From positions 64,001 to 128,000 of the forward strand of contig JANRJK010000046.1 of the NCBI GenBank assembly GCA_033764015.1: a stretch of DNA of 64,000 bases, in the 5' to 3' direction. How positions within the stretch are numbered: position 1 is the first letter of the stretch; each line of letters starts with the position of its first letter. This stretch comes from Candidatus Sumerlaeia bacterium (GTDB lineage Bacteria; Sumerlaeota; Sumerlaeia; SLMS01; JANRJK01). Positions 38,473-48,091 of this stretch are shown here, one piece after another. The notes under the pieces are model-generated. The model was not told where the DNA came from. It worked only from the letters and a program-made list of their open reading frames with translations, and searched no databases. The position numbers and the translations under genes are program-made.

Positions 38473-39813
38473 ATGACCCGCCGCCTCCGCATCGCACTGC
38501 TTCTCGCCGCCGCGCTCCCCGCCTTCACCGCCGCGGGCGAACTCGCCCGCAGGCCCTACGCCGGCATCGCCGTGGGTCCCTCCCCGGACGGCGCCAACAT
38601 CGCTGTAAGCGGCGTCGTCCCGGACGGACCCTCCGCCAAGTCCGGCATCCAGGTCGGCGACATCATCATCGAGGTCGACAACGACCTGATCGAAACGCCG
38701 CAGGACTTCACCAAGACGGTGCGCTCCCTCGATGCAGGCGCCGCCTACCCCGCCAAGATCCGCCGTGGCGGCGAGGAGCTGGAGATCCAGTGGACCTTCG
38801 GCGCGCTCCCCTACGAGTCCTACGAAGGGCGCGAAACGGTCTACACTTCGGTCGAATCCCCCACCGGCACGCACCGCAGCATCCTCGTCAAGCCCGCCGG
38901 CGACGGCCCCTTCCCCGTTGTCTTCTTCATCCAGGGCCTTTCCTGCGCGACCGTCGAGGCTCCCATGGGGGGCGACAACCCCTACGCCCGCTTCGTGGAC
39001 CAGATCACGGGCCTCGGCTACGCCGTCTACCGCGTCGAGAAGAGCGGCATCGGCGACAGCGTCGGCACGCCGTGCGAGGAGATCGGCTTCGAGCAGGAGC
39101 TCGCCGGCTACCGCGCGGGCTACGAGCAGCTCCGCGCGATGGACGGGGTCGACCCCCAGCGGATCTACCTCATGGGCCACAGCATGGGGGGCTTCTTCGC
39201 GCCGCGCCTCGCGGCCGAGGTCCCCGTCGCCGGCGTCGCCGCCTACGGCACCGGCATGCAGAACTGGGTCGAATACGTGATCCGCATCAACCGCGACCAG
39301 TCCGCCCTCGCCGGCGCCGCGCGCGCGGATGTCGAGGACGCGGTCCGCCTCGCCGTTCGCTTCCAGACCCTGCTCTGCGTCGACAAGCTCACGATCCCCG
39401 AGATCCTCGAACGCCACCCGGAGATCGAGGAGTACGTCCGGGGAAACTCGCCGGACGGGCGCACCATGTATAGCCGCTCCGCCGAATTCTTCCACGAGCT
39501 CTACGACCAGGAGATGGCCCGCGTCTGGGCGCAGGTCGAGGCCCCCGTCGCCGCCATGTGGGGCGAGGCCGACTTCGTCTCCTACCGCGACGAGCACGAG
39601 GCCATCGCCGCGGTCGTCAACGAGGCGCGCCCCGGCAACGGCACCTTCTTGATGGTTCCCGGCGCCGACCACGGGTTCCGCGCGGCATCGAGCTTCCGCC
39701 AGTCCATGGAGCAGAGCATGGCGCTGCCCTTCTCCGAGGACGTGGTCCGCTCGCTCGTCGCCTGGATCGAAGGGCTCGGGAAGCAGGATGCCGCCGCCTC
39801 CCGCCCCCGCTAA
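38473..39813 (+). CDS. Exported PDZ + alpha/beta-fold serine hydrolase
   Basis: Signal peptide; PDZ V..V.PDGPSAKSGIQVGDII; GHSMGG nucleophile, GEADFV, ADHGF. Confidence 0.85.
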   Translation: MTRRLRIALLLAAALPAFTAAGELARRPYAGIAVGPSPDGANIAVSGVVPDGPSAKSGIQVGDIIIEVDNDLIETPQDFTKTVRSLDAGAAYPAKIRRGGEELEIQWTFGALPYESYEGRETVYTSVESPTGTHRSILVKPAGDGPFPVVFFIQGLSCATVEAPMGGDNPYARFVDQITGLGYAVYRVEKSGIGDSVGTPCEEIGFEQELAGYRAGYEQLRAMDGVDPQRIYLMGHSMGGFFAPRLAAEVPVAGVAAYGTGMQNWVEYVIRINRDQSALAGAARADVEDAVRLAVRFQTLLCVDKLTIPEILERHPEIEEYVRGNSPDGRTMYSRSAEFFHELYDQEMARVWAQVEAPVAAMWGEADFVSYRDEHEAIAAVVNEARPGNGTFLMVPGADHGFRAASSFRQSMEQSMALPFSEDVVRSLVAWIEGLGKQDAAASRPR

Positions 39814-39932
39814 CGGCCGTCGGATTCGCCCGGACGCGCATTGACTTTGTGGTTGCCGAGCGCATCACGGCGCGTCCATGCTCCGGCAACTGAATCGGTG
39901 GTACTAGCCATCCGAATCGAGGAGAACCAGCA

Positions 39933-40838
39933 ATGTCCACAGTTCGCTACGCCGCCGCGCTTGCCGCCGCGACGCTTATGGCTTCGGCGCTGCCCGCCCA
40001 GATCCTCTTCCAGACGGGCTTCGAGGCGATCGACCGGGATGGCCGCTACACCACGGGCAACCTCAACGGACAGCCCACGCAGAACCCGGACGGCACGACC
40101 AACGTGTCCGGCCCCTTCTGGACCACGCAGGCCGGCGACGCGGTCGTCGAGGCCGACGGCCCCACCCGCGTCGTGCGGATGAGCAACGGCGCCCGCGTGG
40201 ACCGCTCGCTCGCCAACCTCTCGGTTCCGGCGGGCCGCAAGGTCTTCGTCGAGGGCTTCTTCCGCGGCGCCGGCAGCGGCGTCACGCTCGCCAACGCCAA
40301 CTACCCGACGGTTTCCGGCGGCGGCGCGGCGACCTCCGCGATCATCCACTTCTCTTCCGCCAACGGCATGGAAGCCCTTGATGGCGACGGCTCCGGCGCC
40401 GGCACCGTCACCTCGCTCTCCCAGCCCCTCGGCACCCCGAACCAGGACACCTACTTCCGCATCACCCTCGAGCTCGACTACACCGCGCAGACGTACAACG
40501 TCTACGTGGACGGCGTGAAGAAGAACTCCTCCGCGCTCGGCTTCCGCGACAACGTCACGTCGCTCTCCGGCACGCAGTGGCTCGCCGAGACCGAGCTCCG
40601 CGCGGACCGCTTCCGCGTCGCGCTCCCGCTCACCGGCGACGCCAACGGCGACAACCAGGCCGACTCCGGCGACATCGTCGCCGCCATGAACTACATGTCC
40701 TACGATCCCGACACCTACGACCCGGTCCTGGTCCGCAACGTCGCCTTTCAGGGCGCGCAGGACGGCGGCCGCCTCGTGGTTTCGACTAACGACATCGTCG
40801 GGCTCGCCGACCTGATCACCGCCAACTTCCCCCCGTGA
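39933..40838 (+). CDS. Exported beta-sandwich protein with C-terminal dockerin-like module
   Basis: GAGGAG RBS; signal peptide; GDANGDNQADSGDI EF-hand-like loop near the C-terminus. Confidence 0.7.
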   Translation: MSTVRYAAALAAATLMASALPAQILFQTGFEAIDRDGRYTTGNLNGQPTQNPDGTTNVSGPFWTTQAGDAVVEADGPTRVVRMSNGARVDRSLANLSVPAGRKVFVEGFFRGAGSGVTLANANYPTVSGGGAATSAIIHFSSANGMEALDGDGSGAGTVTSLSQPLGTPNQDTYFRITLELDYTAQTYNVYVDGVKKNSSALGFRDNVTSLSGTQWLAETELRADRFRVALPLTGDANGDNQADSGDIVAAMNYMSYDPDTYDPVLVRNVAFQGAQDGGRLVVSTNDIVGLADLITANFPP

Positions 40839-40877
40839 GGGCCGCCGTCCCCGCGGGGACGGGTCTACGGCAAACGG

Positions 40878-40903
40878 ACCGGGCCCCTGCGAAGGGGCCC
40901 GGT
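40878..40903. terminator. Hairpin between convergent genes
   Basis: ACCGGGCCCCT-GCGA-AGGGGCCCGGT: 11-bp perfect stem with a GNRA loop. Confidence 0.65.
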
Positions 40904-40932
40904 TCCATTCCCACCCACCTGCCGCCCGCCGC

Positions 40933-41685
40933 TCAGCCTGTCCGGCGCCAATCCGCGTCGCGCTCCCGGCGCAGGAACTCGACCACGTGCGGATCCTTGC
41001 TGGCGGCGAACTCCGTCGGGGTGCCGCTCGCCACGATGCGCCCCTGGTGGAGCAGATTCAGCCGCGAGCCGAGCCGCATCGCGCTCACCAGGTCGTGCGT
41101 CACGAGCACGCAGGTGCTCCCCACCTCGCGGTTCACCTTCATCACGATGTCGTCCACCTTCGCCGCCGTCGGGGGATCGAGCCCCGCCGTCGGCTCGTCC
41201 AGCAGGAGGCACTCGTTGTGCTGCGTCAGCGCCCGCGCGATCGCCGCGCGCTTGCGCTGCCCGCCGGAGAGCGTCGACGGCTCCTGCTCCTCGCGCCCTT
41301 CCAGGCCCACCGCCTTGAGCTGCTCGCGCACCGAGGCGCGGATCTCCGGATAGCCCTTGCCGCTCAACTCGACCAGGCCCAGCGCCACGTTCTCGCCCAC
41401 GGTCAGCGACTGCAGCAGTCCGCCGCTCTGGAAGATCACGCCGAAGCGCTGCCGGTGCGGCACCAGCGCGTCCTCGTCGAGGCCCGTGATCTCCTCGCCG
41501 TCCAGCTTGATCGATCCCTCGTCCGGCTTCAGCAGCCCGAGGATCAGCTTCAGCAGCACTGACTTTCCCGAGCCCGAACCGCCCAGGATCACGGAGATTT
41601 CCCCCGCGGGGACGTCGAGGTCCACCCCGCGCAGCACGTCGAGGTCGCCGAAGGAAAGATGGAGGCCGCGGATCGCGATGTTCAT
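40933..41685 (-). CDS. ABC transporter ATP-binding protein (MlaF/Ttg2A-like)
   Basis: GGSGSGKSVLLK, FQSGGL, LSGGQRKR, DEPTAGLDP, VTHD, SKDPHVVEFL. Confidence 0.88.
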   Translation of the reverse strand: MNIAIRGLHLSFGDLDVLRGVDLDVPAGEISVILGGSGSGKSVLLKLILGLLKPDEGSIKLDGEEITGLDEDALVPHRQRFGVIFQSGGLLQSLTVGENVALGLVELSGKGYPEIRASVREQLKAVGLEGREEQEPSTLSGGQRKRAAIARALTQHNECLLLDEPTAGLDPPTAAKVDDIVMKVNREVGSTCVLVTHDLVSAMRLGSRLNLLHQGRIVASGTPTEFAASKDPHVVEFLRRERDADWRRTG

Positions 41686-41801
41686 GCGCAAAGTCCATCC
41701 GCGCGCGGCGAGCGGCGCAAGGTCCGGCTGCGTTTGACCCGCGCCCGCGGCGGCGCGAACATCCCTATCGCGCAACCCCCGCGGAACCCGGAGCCCCGAC
41801 G

Positions 41802-42428
41802 ATGCCAGTCCATATCGTGAACCACCCGCTCATCACCCACAAGATCTCCGTGATCCGCGACAAGCGCCTCGGCACGCGCGACTTCCGCACCATCGTCTCC
41901 GAGATCACGCTGCTCCTCACCTACGAGGCCACGCGCGACTTCCCCCTCAAGGAGGTCGAAATCGAGACGCCGGTCTGCACCACGCGCGCCCGGGTGCTCC
42001 CCGACGAGGGACGCGTGTTCCTGATCCCGATCCTGCGCGCCGGCCTCGGCATGGTGCCCGGCATGCTCGACATCTTCCCGCTCGGCAAGGTCGCCCACAT
42101 CGGCCTGCGGCGGAACGAGCGGACCGCGCTCCCCGAGACGTACTACTACAACCTCCCGGAGGGCATCGAAGGCGCCACCGCCATCATCGTCGACCCGATG
42201 CTCGCCACCGCAGGCAGCCTCAGCGCCGCCATCTCGCTCGTGAAGAAGAACCGCCCCCGCGTGATCCGCGCCATCTGCCTGATCGCCGCCCCCGAGGGCC
42301 GCGAGCGCATCGAGCGCGACCACCCCGACGTCGACGTCTACGTCGCCGCCATGGACGAGCGCCTCGACGAGCGCAAGTACATCGTCCCCGGCCTCGGCGA
42401 CGCCGGCGACCGCATGTTCGGCACCTGA
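41802..42428 (+). CDS. upp: Uracil phosphoribosyltransferase
   Basis: HPLITHK, PILRAGLGM, DPMLATAGS, YIVPGLGDAGDRMFGT. Confidence 0.97.
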   Translation: MPVHIVNHPLITHKISVIRDKRLGTRDFRTIVSEITLLLTYEATRDFPLKEVEIETPVCTTRARVLPDEGRVFLIPILRAGLGMVPGMLDIFPLGKVAHIGLRRNERTALPETYYYNLPEGIEGATAIIVDPMLATAGSLSAAISLVKKNRPRVIRAICLIAAPEGRERIERDHPDVDVYVAAMDERLDERKYIVPGLGDAGDRMFGT

Positions 42429-42442
42429 TCGCCGCGCGCACC

Positions 42443-43255
42443 TTGGCGGACACACCGTCCACACCGGCGCCCGGACACGCCGCGTCGCTCAGCGCGCGCG
42501 GCGTCCGCCTCGCCTTCCCCAACGGCACGCTCGCGCTCGACGCCCTCCACATCGACGTGGCCCCGCACGAGTTCGTCGCCGTCGTCGGCCCCTCCGGCTG
42601 CGGCAAGAGCACCTTCCTGCGCCTCGCCGCGGGCCTCCTCGAACCCACCGCCGGCGAAATCCTCGTCTCCGGCGAGCCGCCGCGCCGCGCGCGAGAAACC
42701 AAGCGCGACATCGCCTTCGTCTTCCAGTCCCCCACGCTGCTCCCCTGGCGCACCGTCGAGCAGAACGTCCGCCTCCCGCTCGAGCTGGGCCCGCGGCGCC
42801 GCGGAGCCGCCGCGGAATCCGTCGCCGACACCCTCGCGCTGGTGGGCCTCGCGGACTTCGCCGGCGCGTACCCGCGCGAGCTGAGCGGCGGCATGAAGAT
42901 GCGCGCCTCGCTCGCCCGCGCGCTCGCCACGCGCCCCGACCTCATGCTCCTCGACGAGCCCTTCGCCGCGCTGGACGACCTCACCCGGCTCCAGCTCCAG
43001 GAGGACCTGCTGCGACTGCGCGCGCGCGACCGCTGGACCGCGGCGCTCGTGACGCACAACGTTTCGGAGGCCGTCTTCCTCGCGGACCGCGTGCTGGTGA
43101 TGTCCGGGCGCCCCGGGCGCGTGGCCGCGGAGCTGCCGGTGCCCTTCGCGCACCCGCGCGGCGCGGAGCTGCGCGCCGACGGCGCCTTCGCGCGGCTGGC
43201 GGGCGACGTCTCGCGGGCGTTGCGCGAGGCGACCAATAAAAAACTTGATGAATAA
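42443..43255 (+). CDS. ABC transporter ATP-binding protein (NitT/TauT/SsuB family)
   Basis: GPSGCGKST, VFQ.PTLLPWRTV..NV, YPRELSGGMKMR, DEPFAALD, VMSGRPGR. Start uncertain. Confidence 0.88.
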   Translation: MADTPSTPAPGHAASLSARGVRLAFPNGTLALDALHIDVAPHEFVAVVGPSGCGKSTFLRLAAGLLEPTAGEILVSGEPPRRARETKRDIAFVFQSPTLLPWRTVEQNVRLPLELGPRRRGAAAESVADTLALVGLADFAGAYPRELSGGMKMRASLARALATRPDLMLLDEPFAALDDLTRLQLQEDLLRLRARDRWTAALVTHNVSEAVFLADRVLVMSGRPGRVAAELPVPFAHPRGAELRADGAFARLAGDVSRALREATNKKLDE

Positions 43256-43528
43256 TTCTGCCTTGACGGTGGGAGCGGGTAGATTCATACCTTTCATGTT
43301 CCTCCGGGATGGCAGCGCGCCGCCGGAGGACGGATCGGCGGCAGCCCCCGCGGCACCCTCTCCCGACCCCCGTGGCGATAAAAAATGTCCGAGAAATTCG
43401 GCGCCCCGGAAGGCCGACTTGGCGATGGAAGTTCCCGGTGGGAAGAAAAATTCCGCTTCCCCCTTGACTAGGGCGGGCCGTCCTGCTCCGATCCGGCGTT
43501 ACATCCCCTCTCTACGGAGATCGAGCTG

Positions 43529-44218
43529 ATGATTCAGCGCAACCCCATCGCGAAGACCCACGGCTTCACGCTCATCGAGCTGCTGATCGTCGTGGCCATC
43601 ATCGCCATCCTGGCGGCCATCGCCGTCCCGAACTTCCTCGCGGCCCAGACCCGCTCGAAGGTGAGCCGCGTGCTCTCCGACCTGCGCACGCTCCGCACCG
43701 CCGTCGAGTCGTACGCCGTCGACAACAACGTCGTCCCCCGCATGACCTGGGGCTGCCGCTGGGTGCAGGACCAGTCGTCGACTGGCTCGCAGCTCTTCGG
43801 CACCCTCCCGAACGACATCACGTCGCCGATCCAGTACATCAGCTCGCAGCCCTTCGACCCGTTCGCCGCGAACACCAGCGCCAGCGAAGACGCCAAGGTG
43901 TACACCTACCAGGCGCCGGACACCCACCTGTTCCTGTTCAACTCCGGCGGCGCCTGCCCGGTTCCCGGCATGGCGGGTTACGTCTATCTGCCCGGCAACG
44001 CCAGCCAGGTGCGCAACATGCGCGCGGACTTCGGCAAGTACGCCCTTTGGTCCATCGGCCCCGCGGGCCCGGACCAGTTCGACTCGGTCGCCAGCGGCGG
44101 CCTCGACACCCCCTTCTGGATGCAGTACGATCCGACCAACGGCACGGTCAGCGGCGGCGCGATCTTCGTGACCCAGAAGACCAGCCAGCCCGAGTATTTC
44201 AACCCGACCCGCTACTAA
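43529..44218 (+). CDS. Prepilin-type N-terminal cleavage/methylation domain protein (pilin/pseudopilin)
   Basis: KTHG|FTLIELLIVVAIIAILAAIAVPNF class III signal; WSIGP and YDPTNGTVS near the C-terminus. Confidence 0.92.
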   Translation: MIQRNPIAKTHGFTLIELLIVVAIIAILAAIAVPNFLAAQTRSKVSRVLSDLRTLRTAVESYAVDNNVVPRMTWGCRWVQDQSSTGSQLFGTLPNDITSPIQYISSQPFDPFAANTSASEDAKVYTYQAPDTHLFLFNSGGACPVPGMAGYVYLPGNASQVRNMRADFGKYALWSIGPAGPDQFDSVASGGLDTPFWMQYDPTNGTVSGGAIFVTQKTSQPEYFNPTRY

Positions 44219-44296
44219 CCATCGGGGTGCGCCATCTGGATCTCCGGGTTTGTCCGCCCCCGCCAGCGCGCGGGGGCGGATGAACGGCAAACCAGC

Positions 44297-44325
44297 TTGA
44301 CAGCAATCGAACCCCGCGCCAACAT
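44297..44325 (+). promoter_or_regulatory. Possible sigma70 promoter of the 1168-aa surface protein
   Basis: TTGACA, 17-nt spacer, CAACAT; AGGAG further downstream before ATG 44383. Confidence 0.4.
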
Positions 44326-44382
44326 CCTTTCCACGCCTCTGGCCACCTCCGACAACCCACCCTCCTCCAGGAGATACAGGGA

Positions 44383-47300
44383 ATGAAGATGAAGACCTCT
44401 TTGAGAATCCTCGGCACCGCCGCCTTCGCGGCGTTGCTCGCGGGTGGCGCCTCCGCCGCCAACGACTTCCGCACCGCAGGACAGTACGCAGCCCCTTGGG
44501 CGATGGTGCCGCGCAGCGAGATCGTCAACGAGCGCGCCCTGCTCGATCTCGATCCGGACTGGCAGCCCTATGTCCGCCCGGCCACCGCGGCCCAGCGCGC
44601 CGCCGCGAACCAGAATCTGGTTCTGAATGGCGTGTTCACGGAGAAGGAGCGCCAGCGCCTCCTCAACCTTTCGCGCGGTTCGAACCTCGCGCCGCTTGAT
44701 CGCCTCGACATCACCTTCGTCACCGGCGAGTCCGCCGCGGACCTCGGCATCAGCAACGCGCCGGCGATCCGCACCGCGGCCACCCCGGACGGCCGCTTCG
44801 TCGCGTTCACGTCGCTCGCCACCAACCTCACCGCCGACGACACGAACGGCGCGCCCCAGGTGTACCGCTACGACCGCCAGACCGGCACGGTGATCATGGT
44901 CTCGAAGACCGGCACCGGCGCCGGCGACAACGGCTCCGGCATGGTGACTTTCACAGGCGGCAACCCGCTCACCCATGACATGTGGGCCCTCGGCATCAGC
45001 GACGACGGCACGAAGATCTCCTTCACGTCCGAGGCGACCAACCTTGTCGCCGGCGACACGAACGGCGTCACCGACGTCTTCCTCTGGAACTTCAATGGCG
45101 GCACGCCCACGGTTTCCCGCATGAGCGTGGACGCCGCCGGCGCCGAACTCGTCGGCGCCTCCTACGACGGCGTCGTCTCGGGCGACGGCAACCACATCGC
45201 CTTCTTCTCGCAGGACGCCTTCGGGCGCACGGGCGGCGACCTCCGCGCCGCGAACGCGGTCGACGTCAATGGCGACCCGGTCCAGCCCGCCGCTGGCACC
45301 ACCCTGACCGCGGCGACGGTGTCGCAGGACATCTTCTACCGCACGGTCGCGAGCGCCGCCTCGCTCACGCTCGTCACGCACGCCACGGGCGCGAACAACA
45401 CCGAGGCGAACTCCGACAGCTACCACCTCTCCATCTCCGGTGACGGCTCGAAGCTCGCCTACGTGTCCCGCGCGACGAACCTGACCGCCGACGTCCTCCC
45501 GGCGCCCTTCACAACGACGGGCAGCACGAACCGCTACCCGCGCTCCAACGCCTTCATCTGGGAGCGGTCCAGCAACACCAACTACCTGCTCAGCGTGTCC
45601 AACACCGGCGCCATCCCGGCCGCGACGAGCACCTCGGACGACTGCCTGTTCCCGCACATCACCCGCAACGGCAATTGGGTCGCCTTCCAGACCGGCAAGG
45701 CGCTCACGCCGTCGATCACCGCTACGGGCAGCACGAACGGCGTCCGCGCCGTTGTCCGCAATGTCGCCACGCTCCCGCCGACCGCCGCCGCCATCCGCCG
45801 CGCCAACGTCAACGAGACGTCGACGCTCGGCTTCAGCCTCGGCCGCCTCGACGCGGGCCCGGTGACGGTCTCGGAAGACGGCCGCGTGGTCGCCTTCTGG
45901 TCGTACCACGTGACTGACACCAACTCGAACATCTTCTACGCCAACCCGGTTCCGGTCGTGAAGGTGTTCGACACCACCACCGCCTCGACGTCGACCGCCG
46001 ACCAGTCCGGCCAGATCTACGAGCTCACGGACGACTCCGGCGACTCCTTCTTCGACTTCGACATCCTCTCGTCGCTCACCAAGTTCGGCGACGGCTTCTG
46101 GGACGGCCCGCAGAACCGCATCGAGGTTGGCACTTCCGGCGCCGACACGATCCTCACGTTCATCCACGCCGCCCCCAACTGGACCGGCCCGACGCGCGGC
46201 ATCCAGCAGGTGTACCAGGCCACGATCCCGACCGCCTCGACGACCGGCACGCCGACCGCCGTGGCGCTTGTGTCGGAGCACTCGACCTCCGCACCCACCG
46301 GCGCCGACTCCCTCGGTATCCCAACGGACCCGCACGAGCACTTCGCGGTGAACATCCGCCCGGCCGTTTCGCCGAACGGACGCTACATCGCCTTCCCGAT
46401 GAAGGGCGCCGACGCCATCTTCAACCTTGGCATCTCGAACGACGCTGCTCACGTCCTCGTCGAAGGCGGCGTGTACATCGCGCTCGCCGATCTCCAGACC
46501 AACTCCCTCAGGTTCGTCTCCGTGGACGCCAAGACGGATGACGCGGCCGACTACCAGGTCGGTGGCTCCTCGTTCGGCTTCACCGCCGCCTCGACGGACT
46601 TCTTCACCGACGGCGTGCTCCGCCTCGAGGGCCAGTTCCTTTCGCGCACGGTTTTCCTGGACTCCTGGGCGGTGTCGGTTTCCGACACGGGCCGCGTGGC
46701 GTTCATGACCATCGACGACGTTTACGGCCCCGAAGAGGCGAACACCGACCTTCAGAACGTCGCGGGCAATCGCGCGCTGATGTTCACCGGCCCGAACGGC
46801 GTCGGCGCCTTCGCCGCGCTCAACGCCTCCGGCCAGGTGCACCAGAACGACGGCGGCGGCATCTTCTTCAACGACGCCACTTACATCACGCCCGACGGCC
46901 GCTACATCGGCTTCACCTCGCCCAACAACAACGTTCATCCGCTCTCTTCGCCCTCCGGCGCGGTCCAGACCGCGTACATCTACGACACGGTCACCGGCGT
47001 GACGCGTCTTGTGTCGAACAAGCGCAACACCTCGAACGGCAACGCGGACGGCCTCCCCATCGGCTCGACCATCATGGTCGGCCTTTCGGACACGGGCCAG
47101 CGCGCTCTGTTCGGCTCGCTTGCGGATGTCACCGGCGGCAATGCCGACGACATTCTCAACCCCGGTGGCGACTCCGCGGACATCGGCCAGCTCTACATCT
47201 TCGACGACCTCACCGATGGCGTTCCGAACGACGGCGTCGGCCAGGTTTACCTGGTCTCGTCGACGGCGGCGGGCGTGAAGGCGGCTGACGCCGACGCTCC

Positions 47301-47889
47301 GGCCCCCGACTTCAACCTGACCTTCGCCAACTTCGCGACGCTCACCGGCGACGGCCTCTCGATCCTCCTCGAGGGCGAGGCTGACACCTTCGGCAATACG
47401 GACGAGCAGTTCTGGCTCAAGTCCCTTGCTTCCGGCTCGGTCAACTCCTCCGGCATCCACACCGGCCCGCTCACCATCCTGTCGCTCGACACGGCTGGCG
47501 CTCCGCTCACGAACCCCACCACGGGTTCGAACCTGAACGGCAGCAACGCCAACACGAACGGCACTGTGTTCGCCTTCATCTCGACCGCCGACAACATCTC
47601 GACGGACGACATCGACACCCAGGCTGACGCGTTCCTCGGCCGCACGCCGGTCACCGCCGACTCGTACCAGCTCGCCTCCGCCAGCTCCACCGGCGTCAAG
47701 TCCCCGGCGAACTCCTCGGCTGGCGCGCGCGTGACGACCTTCCTTAACGGCGACGCGTACGTCTACTTCCGCGGCGACGCCGACAACACGTTTGTCGCGA
47801 GCGACAACACGGCGATCGACGACATCTACATCAAGGGCTTCCTCACCGCCCCGCCCTCCGAGGCCGACAGCTGGAACATGTACGAGTAA
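44383..47889 (+). CDS. Large exported TolB/PD40-like beta-propeller protein with W-x-x-Y C-terminal tail
   Basis: Signal peptide; recurring S.DG..VAF.S.ATNL...DTNG repeats; Thr/Ser/Asn/Gly-rich; ends APPSEADSWNMYE. Confidence 0.85.
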   Translation: MKMKTSLRILGTAAFAALLAGGASAANDFRTAGQYAAPWAMVPRSEIVNERALLDLDPDWQPYVRPATAAQRAAANQNLVLNGVFTEKERQRLLNLSRGSNLAPLDRLDITFVTGESAADLGISNAPAIRTAATPDGRFVAFTSLATNLTADDTNGAPQVYRYDRQTGTVIMVSKTGTGAGDNGSGMVTFTGGNPLTHDMWALGISDDGTKISFTSEATNLVAGDTNGVTDVFLWNFNGGTPTVSRMSVDAAGAELVGASYDGVVSGDGNHIAFFSQDAFGRTGGDLRAANAVDVNGDPVQPAAGTTLTAATVSQDIFYRTVASAASLTLVTHATGANNTEANSDSYHLSISGDGSKLAYVSRATNLTADVLPAPFTTTGSTNRYPRSNAFIWERSSNTNYLLSVSNTGAIPAATSTSDDCLFPHITRNGNWVAFQTGKALTPSITATGSTNGVRAVVRNVATLPPTAAAIRRANVNETSTLGFSLGRLDAGPVTVSEDGRVVAFWSYHVTDTNSNIFYANPVPVVKVFDTTTASTSTADQSGQIYELTDDSGDSFFDFDILSSLTKFGDGFWDGPQNRIEVGTSGADTILTFIHAAPNWTGPTRGIQQVYQATIPTASTTGTPTAVALVSEHSTSAPTGADSLGIPTDPHEHFAVNIRPAVSPNGRYIAFPMKGADAIFNLGISNDAAHVLVEGGVYIALADLQTNSLRFVSVDAKTDDAADYQVGGSSFGFTAASTDFFTDGVLRLEGQFLSRTVFLDSWAVSVSDTGRVAFMTIDDVYGPEEANTDLQNVAGNRALMFTGPNGVGAFAALNASGQVHQNDGGGIFFNDATYITPDGRYIGFTSPNNNVHPLSSPSGAVQTAYIYDTVTGVTRLVSNKRNTSNGNADGLPIGSTIMVGLSDTGQRALFGSLADVTGGNADDILNPGGDSADIGQLYIFDDLTDGVPNDGVGQVYLVSSTAAGVKAADADAPAPDFNLTFANFATLTGDGLSILLEGEADTFGNTDEQFWLKSLASGSVNSSGIHTGPLTILSLDTAGAPLTNPTTGSNLNGSNANTNGTVFAFISTADNISTDDIDTQADAFLGRTPVTADSYQLASASSTGVKSPANSSAGARVTTFLNGDAYVYFRGDADNTFVASDNTAIDDIYIKGFLTAPPSEADSWNMYE

Positions 47890-47928
47890 GCCAACCGGCC
47901 TACCCGCACCACACGCACCGACAGAGCG

Positions 47929-47964
47929 ACTCCCCGGCCCGCAAGGGTCGGGGAGTTCTGTTTT
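47929..47964 (+). terminator. Rho-independent terminator
   Basis: ACTCCCCGGCCC-GCAA-GGGTCGGGGAGT followed by TCTGTTTT. Confidence 0.8.
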
Positions 47965-48032
47965 CGGCCCCGCGCTGAAACCCGCGTCCGCGCCCCGACC
48001 CCCGGCGCTGGCACTGGCCGCAGGAACGACAA

Positions 48033-48064
48033 CGCCCCGGCGGGAAGGTTCTCCCGCCGGGGCG
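48033..48064 (-). terminator. Hairpin/terminator of the sigma54 activator gene
   Basis: 13-bp stem CGCCCCGGCGGGA/TCCCGCCGGGGCG followed by TTGTCGTT on the minus strand. Confidence 0.6.
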
Positions 48065-48091
48065 CCACCACTTACCGAACCGCGGCGCGGG

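Noticed and set aside
44283..44330. c-di-GMP-I riboswitch suggested by GGCAAACC
   Set aside because: Lacks the GNRA-capped P2 and the downstream GG.CGCAAAG element; better read as a promoter region.
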